Positions 12,788 to 27,265 of a stretch of 64,000 nucleotides of DNA are shown here, piece after piece. Both the position numbers and the translations under genes were made by a program. A model generated the notes under the pieces. That model had not been told where the DNA came from, ran no database searches, and saw only the letters and a program-made list of their open reading frames with translations. This DNA comes from Octopus sinensis (lineage: Eukaryota), in the NCBI RefSeq assembly GCF_006345805.1, contig NC_043003.1, positions 48,360,001 to 48,424,000 on the forward strand, written 5' to 3'. Positions within the stretch are counted from its first letter, which is position 1, and each line of letters opens with the position of its first letter.

Positions 12788-14565
12788 CTGAATGAAGAAA
12801 CAAGATGTATCTTAGTATGTTATCTATACCTCTCTGTACTGGTTCATTAAGACAAGTTACTTAAGAAAACACATCTACCACATGAATTTTCAACCAGTTT
12901 CTTTTTCAGAGCTAGCAACTATACTTGGCCTACATTGGTGATGACTACTCTGTAGACAAATAACAGTAAGTAGTAGCAAGTGCTTTTAAAAAAGGAATAT
13001 TAGATATATTTGTGGTAAATCTAACAGTTTGCAATGATCACGTCCATATAGAGAACCTCTGCACATGTACAAGTGCAAGAATTGATTTATATAAGCCAAG
13101 TTGAATTCACTAAATGGCTGAAATACATAAGTATATAAAAAAATATTCAATAGAAACTACACACGAAACTTAAAGCTGGAAGGATGGGAAGAATACTTCT
13201 TAAACCAATCATAACAAAGAAGCTATTAAAACCAGTTGTATCTAAATGGTATTATATAAACAATAATATTATATATAAATCTACTCTAATCCAAAATCAC
13301 ACAAAAATAATCTGGAAATCCAACTAGGTTTTAAGAATAGCTGGGAAAATAATGTTTTCAGTAAGAAATGGTTATACAACAGCAAGGTAAAAAAATTGAG
13401 ATTTTTTTTTTTTCAATCAGCAAGCACTGAATTATAAAATACACAAGAGAGTAAAAATGTTTTTTTTAAATATCTGGTAAAAAAATTTCTTTTTCTCAAG
13501 TCAAAAACCAACAATTATATCCTCGGAGAAATATGGTTTTCAGGAAAACAAAAACAAATGAGATGATGATAACAGATCTAAAAATAAAGCTTATGAAAAT
13601 AAATTAATTTCTCTAAATAAGTGCAGTAAAGGATGTGGATAAATGAGAAAAAGGATTAAGTTCAAATAGGTAAGAAAAATTGGGTATGTATATAAAGTGC
13701 AGAGCTGGCTGGATAGTCAATCAGATGGTTCTCTGTTCAGTTTCACAATGTGGTACTTAGGGCAAGGTCTTCTGCTATAGTCACAGGTTGAGCAAAGTCT
13801 TGTGAATGGATTTGGTAAAACAAAACTGGAACAAAGCCTATTGCATGTGTGTATGTTTAGACTTGTGCTTCTCCAAAAATTCACTTAGTTGCAGACAGTG
13901 ACATTGCTGTCATTTCCCTTACCAATAGGTCATTTGTTGGCTTTGAGACTTCAAGAACATGTGAAATAACATGTATGGAGAGGTTGGTGCAACTTCACTC
14001 ACAAGATATTGGTCAATGAAGTGTTATATTAAAAGATAGCAGCTGACAGCATCAACAGCAACACCAGACCTTAACTACTAGGTCCTGAAATAAACTTCCT
14101 AACCTCACAGCTGTAACTCTCTCTCTCTCACTCACACACACACATGGTGAGTTCCTTAAAGTTCCAGTCTTACAAATTTCACTCACGGCAACAGTAAATG
14201 ACATCAGCCAAAAGCAAACCACACAGCAAAGAATGAATCTTAAACCACATCATTTATGAACTGAATTTCTTTGTAACAGCACATTCTGTTTTAAAGTAAT
14301 TATTTCTTCACAATCCTTTGACGAAAGTATATCCTGAAATGGCAGCTTATTCTGTTCTGTAGTGCCAATGCTGAATTGGGCAAAAGATCGTTAACTGCTA
14401 GCAGGTAAGAGATGGTGTTGCCCCCTGTGCATGCTTTATCCTTTGGTGAATTGTACTAATGATTCTGTCAGTCTGAATGGAGTGTAATCTATTGGCAATG
14501 GGAATGTTTGGTTCTATGAATCCAAACTGTAAAAGTTTTTATACAAAACAGCATTATTAATATTT

Positions 14566-14665
14566 GCAGGGATATGGTCCAGGTGGTGGGGTTCCAGACA
14601 GGTCTACGATCAAGCCTATGGCAGTGGAGACCCCTGGAACCCCACCACCTGGACCATATCCCTGC
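14566..14665. repeat. Perfect 32-bp GC-rich inverted repeat (arms 14566-14597 and 14634-14665)
   Basis: gcagggatatggtccaggtggtggggttccag is the exact reverse complement of ctggaaccccaccacctggaccatatccctgc. The 36-nt loop has a further ggtct/agacc pairing. Confidence 0.95.
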
Positions 14666-16440
14666 TCATTGATATCAGGGCAGAGGTGGCTATCCACACT
14701 TGCAGGCCCCACAAGTCAGAGTGACTGTTCCACTCTCTCACCACCCTCTGGGGCAATGCCTTTTCCATTTTGTCAGCTGGGACCAAGAGGTGGTCTGATT
14801 TACAGGAAATCCACGAGAATGTAAGAATGTTGTAGCTTACTACATGAGATTGGTCAGTATAAAGCAATTAGAATATTATTTATTGTAATAAATTAGTAAA
14901 CTTATGGTTGGAATTATATTGTAGATTTTATAATTGCTTCAACCATAGGTATAAGGCCACTAAATTTGGAGAGAGGGAAGAGTCAATTTATTATACAGAC
15001 CCATACAATGAGGAAAGGCAAATAGGAGATATACTAAATACTGCAAAAACATTTTATCCTCCTCAATATTTATCTTCCAGCCCACCACCTTTGATATTAT
15101 TCTCAATAATGAGAATATGAATAATGAACAGATCAGTAAATAAGGTGTGTTATTTCCTGACAGCATTTATTATCCCAGGATTAAGATTAATGAGAGAGGC
15201 AATGACCTCAGTCAATAATGTACTGAACAAACTGTGGAGACAGAGATATCAATGGTATTCTATCACCAACACTGTATTAGGTCTGCAACCAAGACATTTG
15301 TTCCAAACCACTCAGCAAAACTGATAAAAATCTTAATTTGCAGATTTCAGCTTGCCCTTCAAAGAGAGGGTTTTCTTTTTCTTTCCTTGTGGTCAAACCC
15401 AAAACCTCTGTCATGATACTCATCCTTAGAATTCATCCTATCACTCATCAGAATCACAGACTAGGACCTCTCCTCTTGTATCCATCTATCTAGGACAAAT
15501 TTGGCATTAAGTTCTTTTTCTGGTTACTGAAACCTATTTGGCAGGAAACAGCTTCAACAGGTACAAACATTTCCATACAAGACAATAAAAATTTCATGAC
15601 CGGTGCTAAAGCAGAAATGAATGAATGAATGAATGGCCAAGCTTAACAGGAAAGATATAAAATAAGCACACCTTCCCTTGAACAAACACAAAAGGATTAT
15701 TCTAAATATATTAAAAATAATCACTTAAGCATAATACTCAGCATGTATAAACATGTCTTTTTAGAAAAGTAGCTCTGTCTATGTATGTCACACACTAACA
15801 TAGCTTTATAAGTTACAGCTCTGCACAGATCAGAATATGAGAGAACACCTGTAGTCAGAAATGACCATGTATAATGAATGTATGGACAGAGTACATCTCA
15901 CACATTCCTAAAAAGATATATAAGCTACAGTAGACAAATAAATAGACCTTGTTAATACCTCCATCAGCCTTTCATGTATACAAAGCAGGAAACAACAGAG
16001 TGGATTATTACAAAACCCTATTACAATACTATCATATCACTATCATTCCTACTAGTAGTAGTAGACATATCTCCTAGCCTTGAGAACAATAACCACTGCT
16101 AGCTATCTCTAATATAGGTTAGCCAGTAGCTAAAATCTGGCTCTGGGTTGCTGTTGGTAACAGCATAACAATGACAAGCTCCCCCATCCACCCCACCGTA
16201 TCTAGTTCAGAGGGGTGGGGTCTGTCGTCATTAGTTCTTTTCAGGCTTTATTCCACTATTCCACCCCCTTTCAAACACATGACTATTAATATACAAATAA
16301 TAAAAAAATATATATAGAAACTTTGCATAAAACAATTCTATTGTATTGCAACAGTGATCAACAACCACTATCATTATCCATCACAGTGACCAAAATGACA
16401 AAGACCACCACATATGTACATGTGTGTGTGTGTGTATACA

Positions 16441-17671
16441 CACGGGTTGGACAAAATAATGGAAACACCTAGCATCATAATTTTGAAATATCTATAACAC
16501 TGTCAAAAGCTTGCTCTTTTTATGTTTTTTTAAATTTATTATTAGTGTTGCTTAATATGGTTTGCTAAAATTGCTGTTTCCTTTCAGATATCATCAGAAA
16601 AAGGTAATTAAAATTCATTAAAGAGGTCAAATTGTTGGTGCTCGTATAGCAGGTGCTAGCGTAACGAAAACAGCTGAAATGTTTGGTGTATCAAGAAGTA
16701 CTGTCTCAAAAGTAATGACAGCCTTTGAGAAAGAGGGAAACAAAACAAAACTCCAGAAGAAAACTAAAACTTTCAGATAGGGATCGTTGATCTCTTATGC
16801 AAATTGTTAGAAAGGATCACAAAATTGCAGCTCCCAAAATTACAGCAGAGCTTAATGACCACCTTGAGAACCCAGTTTCTACTAAAAACTGTTCGCCGGG
16901 AGCTACACAAAGCCGGATTTCACAGGAGGGCTGCAATTAGAAAAGCACTACTTTCAAAAACAAATGTTGCAAAGCATTTAGAGTGGAATAAAAACCTACA
17001 GAATTGGTCCCTAGAGCAGTGGAAGAATGTTATTTTCTCGGATAAGTCATCCTTTATCTTATTTCTGGCTCCCGTCCAAGTATACTTGTGGAGACAGCCA
17101 AAAGAAGCATTTAACCCAGACTGCCTTCTTCCAACTGTTAAACATGGAGGTGGGTCTGTGATGATTGGGGGGGGGGGCTATATCTTGGAAATCTGCTGGC
17201 CCAATGGTTTCCCTTCATGACAGAATTAATAGACAAGACTATTTAAGCATTTTATTTGATTAGATTCATTCCATGGTTGTGGAATTGTTTCCGGAGGGAT
17301 GTGCAATCTTTCAGGATGATAATGCACCAATTCATACAGCTAAAATTGTTACTGAATGACACGAGGAACATTCTAGTGAAGTTGAACATCTTATCTGGCC
17401 ACCACAGTCCCCAGATCTCAATATTATTGAACATTTATGGTGCATTTTAGAAAAACAAGGAGTTGATATTCTCCACCATCATCACTACAAGAACTGGAGA
17501 CTGTTTTAGCTGAAGAATGGACAAAAATTCCTTTGTAAACAATTCAAACTTTGTACGAGTCCATACCTCGTAGAATTCAAGCTGTAATTACTGCCAAAGG
17601 CAATCCTACCCCATATTAAAATAAATTTGCTTGAAATTTTAAGGCGTTTCCATTATTTTGTCCAACCCTTG
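16441..17671 (+). mobile_element. Near full-length decayed Tc1-family DNA transposon (DD34E)
   Basis: TIRs ca(c/a)gggttggacaaaataatggaaac(a/g)cc at both ends, TA after the right end. Frameshifted transposase with GQIVGAR...GVSRSTVS, WKNVIFSDKS, TVKHGGGSVMI, FQDDNAPIH and WPPQSPDLNIIEH. Confidence 0.93.
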
Positions 17672-17693
17672 TATATGTATATATGGGTATCAT

Positions 17694-17875
17694 CATCATT
17701 TAACATCCACTTTCCATGCTGGCATGAGCTGGACGGTTTGACTGAGGACTGGCAAGCCAGAAGGCTGCACCAGGTCCAATCTCATCTGACAAGATTTCTA
17801 CAGCTGGATGCCCTTCCTAACGGCAACCACTCAGAGTATAGTCAGTGCTTTTTATATGCCACCGGCACCGGGGCC
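17694..17875 (-). mobile_element. RTE-type 3'-tail repeat
   Basis: Same family as 7814-8110. Confidence 0.7.
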
Positions 17876-20800
17876 AGTCTCCCTGCAAATTGCTGGCATC
17901 ATTTAATTTAAAATCATTATTATTATTATTGTATTGAGTTAGCAAAAATAGCAAAAGACTAGTCAAAGTTCAAATCTAGTCATGGCTGCTTTATAATTCC
18001 CAGCAGAAATTTTTCCTATTAAAAATAAACTCACAATCTGACAATGCCTTAAAGGCTAGTCAAACTAAGTGCATCGCTTAAATACATACCACACAACCTT
18101 CAGCAAAAAACTTCTGATCCATGAGATAAACAAAAAAAAAAATTTTAATCACATTGTTACTGAGCATAAAACCCCACATATACAAAAGAGTTAAAAGTCT
18201 TATTGAAAATACAAAACATTTCATTAGAAACAGAACATCCACAACATGAATGAATGCATGATATTCTATCCACCTTACACTTATACTTCTTATTGAAACA
18301 CAGTATCCTAAATGAAAATTCAGAGGCAGAAAAGTAACAAGTAAATCCAAAAGTGTTCTAGTTACTGTAAATAGCTACCAGACAAATCAATGTTAAATTT
18401 TTTTTTTTTTAATATATAGCAGTATGATGGCAAATTTATCTTTTGCAACACACATTTTATATAGACTCACTCAAAAACTCAGTACAGCCCTCTCTGTCAT
18501 ACACACTCACACCCATATATGTATACCCAGTCCATCCTTCATCCACCAATATGAATCTATTCCTGTCATGGCAACATTCCAACTAGAGCCAATTCTAGGT
18601 ACATGTACCTCTCCCCATTTCCAAACATAAACACAGCTAAAAAGATATTCTATTTTCATTACCTTTTCTCAGAAAATATCAAGGAAAAGATAACTTATCA
18701 TCATCATCATTCCTACATAAAAGCCTTTGATTAAGGAACTGCTTTCCAATTCATTACTCTTTTCCATAAAACCACTCTAGATATAAGGGAGCAATGAAGT
18801 TTGTTTTTTATTCTCTACTATGCTAGTGTAGCAAACTTGCTCATATATTTGAAGTAAGGAAAACCAGAAGAAAAATTTATACAAACATCCATCCATCTAA
18901 TCAATGCTATGTTTTTACACACAGACTTACACATTAAGAGATAATCAAAACCAAATGTTAAAAACATTTTTCTTGTTTGTGAATAAGCTAAAAATACAAT
19001 TTTCAATAGTCAGGTCAGTAACACATTTTCCTTTGTTTCTACATCCATCTGCCATGCTAGTATGGGTTAGAGGAAGAATATTTTACTGAGGCATTATCTT
19101 ACATCCTGATGCCCTTCCTGTTGCTAAACCGTTCTTGTTTTTCATGTAAGAGATCTCTTATTCCACACCATCTTCAAAGGTGCAAAGCTAGTAGATCATT
19201 TGTTGACGAGAAATGGCAATGTTACTCTTTGTAGCTAAGCAATTTACAGAGAACAAATGTAATCAAACAAACATAAGTAATGGAAAAAGGGGTGCTTCTT
19301 TTAGTTTCTGTCAATCAGTTCTACTCTGAAAGCTTTGGTCAGCCCAGGGTTATACAAGAATATACATGTCCACAGAGCTGCACAGTGTGATTGAACATGA
19401 AATCCTATGATTGAAAAGTGGAACTTCTTAAGCACACAATCACACTTGCACCTTACAGAGCCAACTCTTAGTGATTTATTAAACATTAGTTCAAACAAGT
19501 GTTCCAACCATGACCATCCCATCTTATGTTATCAGATTTGTAGCATATAAGAACAAAAGTACTCCAATTCTGATTGTGGATTAGTGTTTATTTTTTAAAT
19601 TTTCCAAATATGACCATAGTTGGAATGTTTGATGAATCAATAACTACGTTTAGATTCCTTACTAACATGACCATTGAAATTTGCATACTTTCAGTGCATA
19701 TGGAAATAAAAGATGAAGTGGACTGATTTGCTTCAAGTTTGCAAAATTCCTGTTTCGGTAAAGAATACAAACAAATGAAATAGCAAACAACTTCATATTT
19801 AGTGCATTTGTCTGATAGAATAGCACGCTAAAACACTTTTTGAATCATTGCATTGTTCATACAGTAATCAGTATTCTACACCATATGTATGCCTGACTCC
19901 ACAAGTTTGTTTCAAAAAAAATTTTATTTATAGTATATAGCGAGAAATTTTGGCTGCTAGGAGCTCAATCCTATAACATTGTACTGAAATATCCATTGTT
20001 ATAAACTTCCTTATAATGAGACATTGTTCATTTAATAAGATTACAGCAAGAGATTAAAAAAAAAAAATGCTGTGCTTAAAAATTCATTATTCGTATTTGC
20101 TGTAATGGAATTTCGCGCACACGCATGCATGTGTGTGTGTAAGTAAATGAAAGTTTGAACAAGCTGGACTAATAGTCTACTGAACAAGTCTTAACAGTTC
20201 ACATCATATCAGGTGTCCATGACTTCAGACACTAAACCATCACAATATTATAGCCGACTTGCTGGGAACAGTTTCCAGTAGGTGAAATACTTTATTGCTG
20301 CAAGCTATTCAACTGACTTGAACACTTTCAAAAAATATAGCTTGAAGAGAATGTCTCACCACAGTGTAACATTTTTTTTTTTATAAATGAGGACACAATA
20401 AAAAAGCAACAAGGTTTTTCTCCCTCACATCTTTTTTTTTTTTTTTTGTAAACCTTATTCCAGGAAATGTCTTTACCCATTGAGATTTGAGTATAAGATC
20501 ATTAACTGCTACACACATTTTTTTCAATTTGTTATTATTATTATTGAAATATTAAAAGTTATTATAATTATGGAGGATGGCATTCATTGAGAAAGGGATT
20601 TGGCTTAGGTGTACCAACAACTGTTACTCTCTTCATGTTTAGAAGGTTCAACAAACATTAACAAGGAAGCAGTAAAACACACTGAAAAAAAAAAAAAACA
20701 GACCTGCTGTTATAGCAACAACCTGTTTTAGGGATTGGTCAAAGTAGGTAGGGTAGACAAGCAAGTATAGTAAGCTGCAAGCAGGAGATTTGACCCAATA

Positions 20801-21911
20801 ACAGAAATATGCCTCCCTTTTACTACCATTACATTTCTACAATTAAAAGTGCTGTAATCTACTGTGTGTGAGTGTATAAATATAATGTAATCTATGCAAA
20901 CATACACATTGTAGTATATATATAGTACATTACAAGTATATTCTGATTGTATAAACTGATACTTGTATACGTGAAGCATAGAGAATGGTACAGAGCAACA
21001 TATGAAATTACAAATTCAGGTATATAATAGTACTGATATAGAACAGGTATTCAGTGATATTAGTCATAACACACAACATACTATATCACCTGTTTCAATT
21101 ACTCTCCATGTTATACCACCAGCTATGATACATTGAGTGAAGGATAAAGCACATACTAAACCAATACTTGCATAAGTGATCTAAATATCTACAGAGAAAT
21201 CTTAAATGACAGTCCAAAGATAGTGATAATCCTGAAAAATTCTACTTCAATCAATCAATTTCATTTTTTCATTGACTTCTTATATAACATCAATGTGCCT
21301 ACTTATATCAGTCTTATCTTCATAATTCATCAGGTGATTTATGACATCATCATAATCAGTGTTGATGTATTTTTGCTCTTGTATAATTATGGTTGACTGG
21401 ATGGGCTTTCTTATGCAAGAAGCAATGCTGATTTCTCTCCTGCACAGAAACAAAGTCTCATATAGGAGAGGGAACAACTAAAATAATCTATGTCAGGATT
21501 TTCTCAACTCTAGTCTAGTCTGAAACTATGGCAAACTCATCTCACTGAAACTTTCTCAATTCATTACTTAACCAAGACTTTGGATATCCACCACCATATC
21601 TAATTCTTTCTCTCTCTCTCTCCCACTTTCTGTAAACAATATTACTAGGCTAAGTTAAGTAAAATAACAAGTGGAAACTGAAACTCAGTTACAGACCTAC
21701 TATTTAAATTAAATTAGATTTCTTACTAAAAAAATATCATACAAAACATCATTTAGACTGAGCCAACCTTGGTATGGTGGGTGATGGAGTTGATTGAAGC
21801 AGGGTCACTTTGTGAATGCTTATCACCACAGTAGGGCTTGAACTTAGCATTCTATGAATGCTCCTGCTACTTACAGTGGTAAGTTTGTAATTATTTATGG
21901 CACCTATTTAA

Positions 21912-22277
21912 CCCTTTTGCTACCATATTTCTGTTGAAATACACTTCCAATGTTTCAATTTAGAAATTAATGAAAAATTTAGTAAAATAACTACCATTAT
22001 TAAGCTGGTGTTTGGAGCATAAATCAACATGAAATTTTGATGGAAGGTTTTACTTCAGATGATTTAACTTGGCATTTAAACTGGCCATATCCAGCCCAAA
22101 TATTCTGTTTTATATTCAGACTGGTCACATTCAGCCTATCACACATACCCTACAATGTAATTCTAAAAATAAACAATCATCATAATCTCAAAGCTATGAG
22201 ATAACACATGACTAATTCTAAACAATATGAATAAATAATAGCCTTACATTTGACAGAGTAATCTGAATGCTAAAGGG
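21912..22277. mobile_element. piggyBac-like MITE, possibly composite
   Basis: TTAA|CCCTTTTGC...GCTAAAGGG|TTAA termini. Confidence 0.7.
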
Positions 22278-22751
22278 TTAAAACAAAAAAGTTTGCATTA
22301 TTGAACTAAGAGCAGGGTTTCAGGTGGATTGGTATCAGAAGGATTAAAAGTTAGGTAGATTGAGACAGCAAGGACTAAGTGTCCACCCAACAGAACAATA
22401 ATCAATACCCCACTGATGGGGTATTCAGCTATGGAAATCACACATTCATTTATGGATTCTTTAAACTTGTCTTTAGCTGATCTGGCCTATATACATGAAT
22501 GCAAATCTAAAAAACTATTACCATATTTAACCTATACAGGAAATAAACTTTTACATGAAAAAACCCAGTCTAGTGAACTGAAGAGTGAAGGGAGGGGGAG
22601 CTTCTAGTTTTAGAGACAAGAAAATAAAGATATTTGAAGAGGTTTTACCTTAATTGAAAGCTGTAAGCAAGCGATTCATATCATTCAGTCCCATACTTTG
22701 ATATTTGTGTAGCAATGACAAAATATCAATTACAGATCCAACATACAACAC

Positions 22752-23141
22752 TTTACTCTTTTACACTTATTTGTTTCAGTCATTTGACTGTGGCCATGCT
22801 GGAACACTGCCTTTAGTCAAGCAAATCGACCCCAAGACTTATTCTTTGTAAGCTTAGTACTTATTCTATCGGTCTCTTTTGCTGAACCACTAAGTTACAG
22901 GGGCGTAAACACACCAGCATTGGTTGTCAAGCGATGTTGGGGGTACAAACACAGACACACACATATATATATATATATACATATATGACAGGCTTTTCTC
23001 AGTTTCCGTCTACCAAATCCACTCACAAGGCTTTGGTCAGCCCAAGACTATAGTAGAAGACACCCAATGATCCACGCAGTGGGACTGAACCCGGAACCAT
23101 GTGGTTAGTAAGCAAGCTACTAACCACACAGCCACTCCTGC
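22752..23141 (-). mobile_element. Full-length tRNA-derived SINE
   Basis: Minus-strand head gcaggagtggctgtgtgg (A box)...gggttcagtccc (B box), with a central CA/TA microsatellite. Multiple copies in the window. Confidence 0.85.
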
Positions 23142-24967
23142 ACCTACTTAGTTAACTTTAGTTATTTTTATTAGTTTTTTTTTTCCTACACTTCATAAAG
23201 GTAGCAAAAGATAGAGATTAAAAACCACTCATATAACCAATAGAAAAAAACACACACACACAATGTTAAAAGCATAGGTGCAGAAACGGCAGTGTGATTA
23301 AGAATTTCACTTCTCAATATCATGAGGTCTCCAGTTCAGTCCCACTACATGGCATTTTGTGCCAGTGGTTTTTACTATAACCCAGCGATAACCAAAGCCT
23401 TGTGAACAGATATGGAAGGTAGAAATAGAACAAAGCCCATCACGTGAAAGAGTGAGTGTTTTCTTGACATCATGCACTAGTTGTCCAACATTGCTGTCAT
23501 ACAAGCAGTGTGAGTCATTAACAATTTCCCATGGAAAAAATCTGCCTCAACCTCATTTGACTTAAGCAAGCACTGAGTGGTGAACATCAGTATGACAAGG
23601 ACATTGATGACGTTTAATAATTCTAACAGATGACTGAAATATTCGACAGTAACAAACAAAATGCAACCTTACAGCAGTGAATAAATGTTTCTAGTAATAC
23701 AAACTTAAAAGTAAAGATGTAAAGTGTCATGGATCAGGCAAAGTGGTGATAATATCAATGATAATATATTTATGCTGATACTAGAGTATGTCAGTGGTTA
23801 TGATATCAGTGAAAACATATTCATGCGAAAAGTGAAGAAGTTTTGTCTGATCCAATAAGCTTTGTTGAGCGAGCAGTATATACTGAGCTAACTTGTATAT
23901 AAGCAACAGACACAAAAAAAAACACACAGGTCAAGAATGTTTTGAAAATCCACACTACTATTAAAACACTGTTGTATAGTAAAAAGAATACTTAAAACAA
24001 TGCACATGACAAATTTCACATTTCATAAACATATCCAAAGTTTAGAAATCCAAACATTGAAGAGGATACACAACATTATCAACTGATGTAGGAACAATAT
24101 GAATATTAAGAATTATGAGGAGTACATTTACTAAAAGAACTATTTCAATCTCAACATTTAAGTTTTCTTGTAATTTATCATCATCTTTATAAGGACAGCA
24201 ACTTAAATGCTGATCACCCATCCAATCAATGCCAGCAGAGAAAGAGCAGACATAAAATTATAAAATACAAGATCTCTGCAATTTACAGTATCTTCTTGCT
24301 GTCCATTAAATCTAACTGATTTAATTTCACATACTATCTTACTTGAAAACAAAGACCAATGTCAGAACAGGCATCTAGTCATAAAATAATACTACATCAA
24401 GCTGCCTCGTCTAACCCATAACAGAACAGTAAAAGTGAGTATAATAACAGTGGTGGTGATTGATTTTAAGACTAACATCACATAGTAAAATGCCTAATTA
24501 CTTTCATATGGGTTGAAGAAGCCACAGTAATTATAGAAGTAGATTTAATAGGCAATTTCCTATTAATGGGAAAAGAGATTTAGATAAAGTTTTCTATTAC
24601 TTCTTGAATCAAAATGTCAACAATTTTTACTGGAGCTGTATCAACTGGATTTTAGGAAGAATATGAAACAGCTGCAAATGTAAAAATGGTACTTGATAAC
24701 TTATTAAATCAGTGTGGCCCTTTTCATATGAATGGCAAAAAAATCATTTGGCAGAACAATCTTGCCACTAGCAAATCAGAATGACTCTCACAATAACTAC
24801 ATCTTGATGTATATTACTACCCTTGAAAAATGCTTTCCATTCCTGAATACCAAAAATAACAGTGATAAGATGTAACAACAGTAAACAACCAAACATTTTA
24901 TTCAACAAAGACTACCATTATACCAATACTATAGTTGACATTACAGATAAACCATTACACACACACA

Positions 24968-27049
24968 CAGTAATACCTTGCAGTACGTGTTTAATTTGTT
25001 CCAAGACCGAGGTCACTTTACAATTTACTTGTTTTACAAACCAATTTTCCCCATTAAAATTAACTAAAATATAATTAATCCATTCCAGCCCCACCAAAAC
25101 CACCCCAGAATAATTTTTTATAAGTTTTAAAACCGAAGAGGTATAGCTATGTAGTTACAAGTAAAATGACAATTATAAAAAAGAGAATGCATAAGAAATA
25201 TGTAAACAGGTTTTATTAACTGAATTGCCTTAAAGATGGGATGATTTGTGCATGTGGAAGAGGATAGAGCAAGGAGGAGGATTAGTTTGGAAGGAGAAAC
25301 TTTTTCCATTAAGACTTCATGAAGAACAATTTCTGACGTTTTCTCTCTCATCTCAATTTAGCCTTTTTGGACACACTTTCTTCACTTGTTTCACTTGCAG
25401 GTCATTTCATTAGAAACATCTCAAGAGAAGCCTGCTTTTTCCTGCCTTTCAAAATGTTATGAAAATGCATCAGAGCAGTGTCTTTAAATAAAGCAACTGC
25501 ACGACTTGTCGCTACTTTTTCAGGATGATAATTTTCTACAAATTCAGAAATATACTGCCACTTTGTCAACACTGCTTTTATGTCACTCGTAGAGATAGCA
25601 CTCTCCACTACACTGCCAGGCCATATCGATAATTTTCAGACAGTTTAGTGCTCCTTTCAAAACTCACAAAGGGTTAGATTTGTATTTTTGGTGACTTCAA
25701 AGCACTGACAAAACAGGTGTTTGGTGTACAATTTCTTAAAATTAGAAATCACTTGATGGTTCATGGGCTGCAAGATAGGGGTGGTACTGCATGAAAGGTA
25801 CATAACTTATATAAATCTAAATTCATCCAGGATATCTTCATGGTTAAGAGGATGAGCAGGAACACAGTCGAGAATGAGTAGGGTCTCGAGAGGAAGATTA
25901 TTCTCCAGAAGGTACGTTTTCACTGCTGGTCCAGAGACAAAAGTTGACCCACTCGGAGAATTACCTGGTGACTCAGGCTTTAACATTTGCCCCCCACATG
26001 ACCTCCAGCTTCTCCTGCAGGATTTTGTGACTCCAATGCTCATGAGTTTTCAGAATGGTAGACAAGAAACAGCTTAATCTTCAAGTCTCCATTTGAATTG
26101 GCACAAAGGGCTAGAATTAACCTATCTTTCATAAGCTTGTGGCCTGGCATTTTCTTCTCTGCAGTTATGCAGGTTCTTCTGGGCATTTTTTCCAAAGCAG
26201 GCCAGTTTCATCACAGTTGAATACCAGTTGTGTGATGTACCCCTCGGCTGCGATGAGCTGGTGGAATTCAAGTTCAAAATTTTCAGCTGTCTTCATGTCA
26301 GAGCTCACCGCTTCTCCATACATGATGGTGCTATGAACACCAGTCCTCTTCTTGAAATTATCAAACCAGCTGTGACTGGCCTGAAATGTGTCTGCTGATG
26401 TCTCCTCTGTTGATGTTCCAGGGTTCTGCTTCAGGGGATCCCCATACAGTACACATGCTTTTTCACAGACGATGGTCTCCGTAATCGTATCCCCTGTGAG
26501 TTACTTCTTGCTAATCCACAGAAGTAATTTTTCCATCCTTTCGTGGACAGATGTGCATTGCTTAGAGAGCCTAGAGGTACCCTTTGCTGTTGTAACGGCC
26601 TTGATCTCGTCCTTTTTCTTCAGGATGGTGCAGATCGTCAACATATTTTGGTCATATTGATGTGCTATGTCCACTACAAGCACTCCTCTCGCATTTTTAT
26701 GATTTCCTTCTTCAATTCTATCATAATCAGTTTTTTCCTTCTTTTCAGCACTCTCCTTTGCACTAACATTCTTAGGACCCATGACTAACACAACTAATTA
26801 TTATAAAATAATAGCAAAACATGCACAAAACTAAACAAAAACCCAACAAGATAAACATGTGAACTGAGCAAGTAGAGACTGCTCTTGTTGGGAGAGTATG
26901 TGAGATCAGCGCTGACTATTGATCGCTTATATGAAACTCGCTCATGCTGTGGATTTCTGCTAGTATTTCCAGACTAAAATTTGCACGAGCCTCACCTTAT
27001 ACAGTAAATTACTCATACAATGATGTTATTGTACTATGAGGTTCTACTG
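24968..27049 (-). mobile_element. Decayed Tigger/pogo DNA transposon
   Basis: Degenerate TIRs (cagtagaacctcatagtac at 27049, cagtaataccttgcagtac at 24968). ORF fragments show a CENP-B-like HTH (VVDIAHQYDQNMLTICTILKKKDEIK), a DDE_1 region (LLILDCVPAHP) and a Tigger C-terminus (KGRKKQASLEMF). Confidence 0.88.
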
Positions 27050-27265
27050 TATATAGTAGCTAGTGAAGTGCCCTCTATTGAGTGATTACTACTTCCGAGG
27101 TTCTGCTAGCTAGAAAACTTACATAGCTTGGATTATGCCGGCTCCATTTCTTTATATATATATATGCCACCTTTGGTGTACTGAATGGATCTAACAACAC
27201 AAAAATGGTGCCAGTGATCAACTAAGCACAGCTGAAGGAAATTTGATGGAATTATTTAAAACTCA

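Noticed and set aside
14363-14820. Two plus-strand exon-like segments (14363-14404 and 14570-14820) and the 86-aa ORF, as a nested antisense gene
   Set aside because: No continuous frame across the junction; the G/P-rich translation is a by-product of the inverted repeat. The minus-strand QRVVREWNS resemblance to a CR1 C-terminus is too short to call.
16570-16600. Other CTGATGA...GAAA matches (also ~15440, ~37490, ~46930)
   Set aside because: No stem II or stem III pairing; they lie within Tc1 or SINE sequence.
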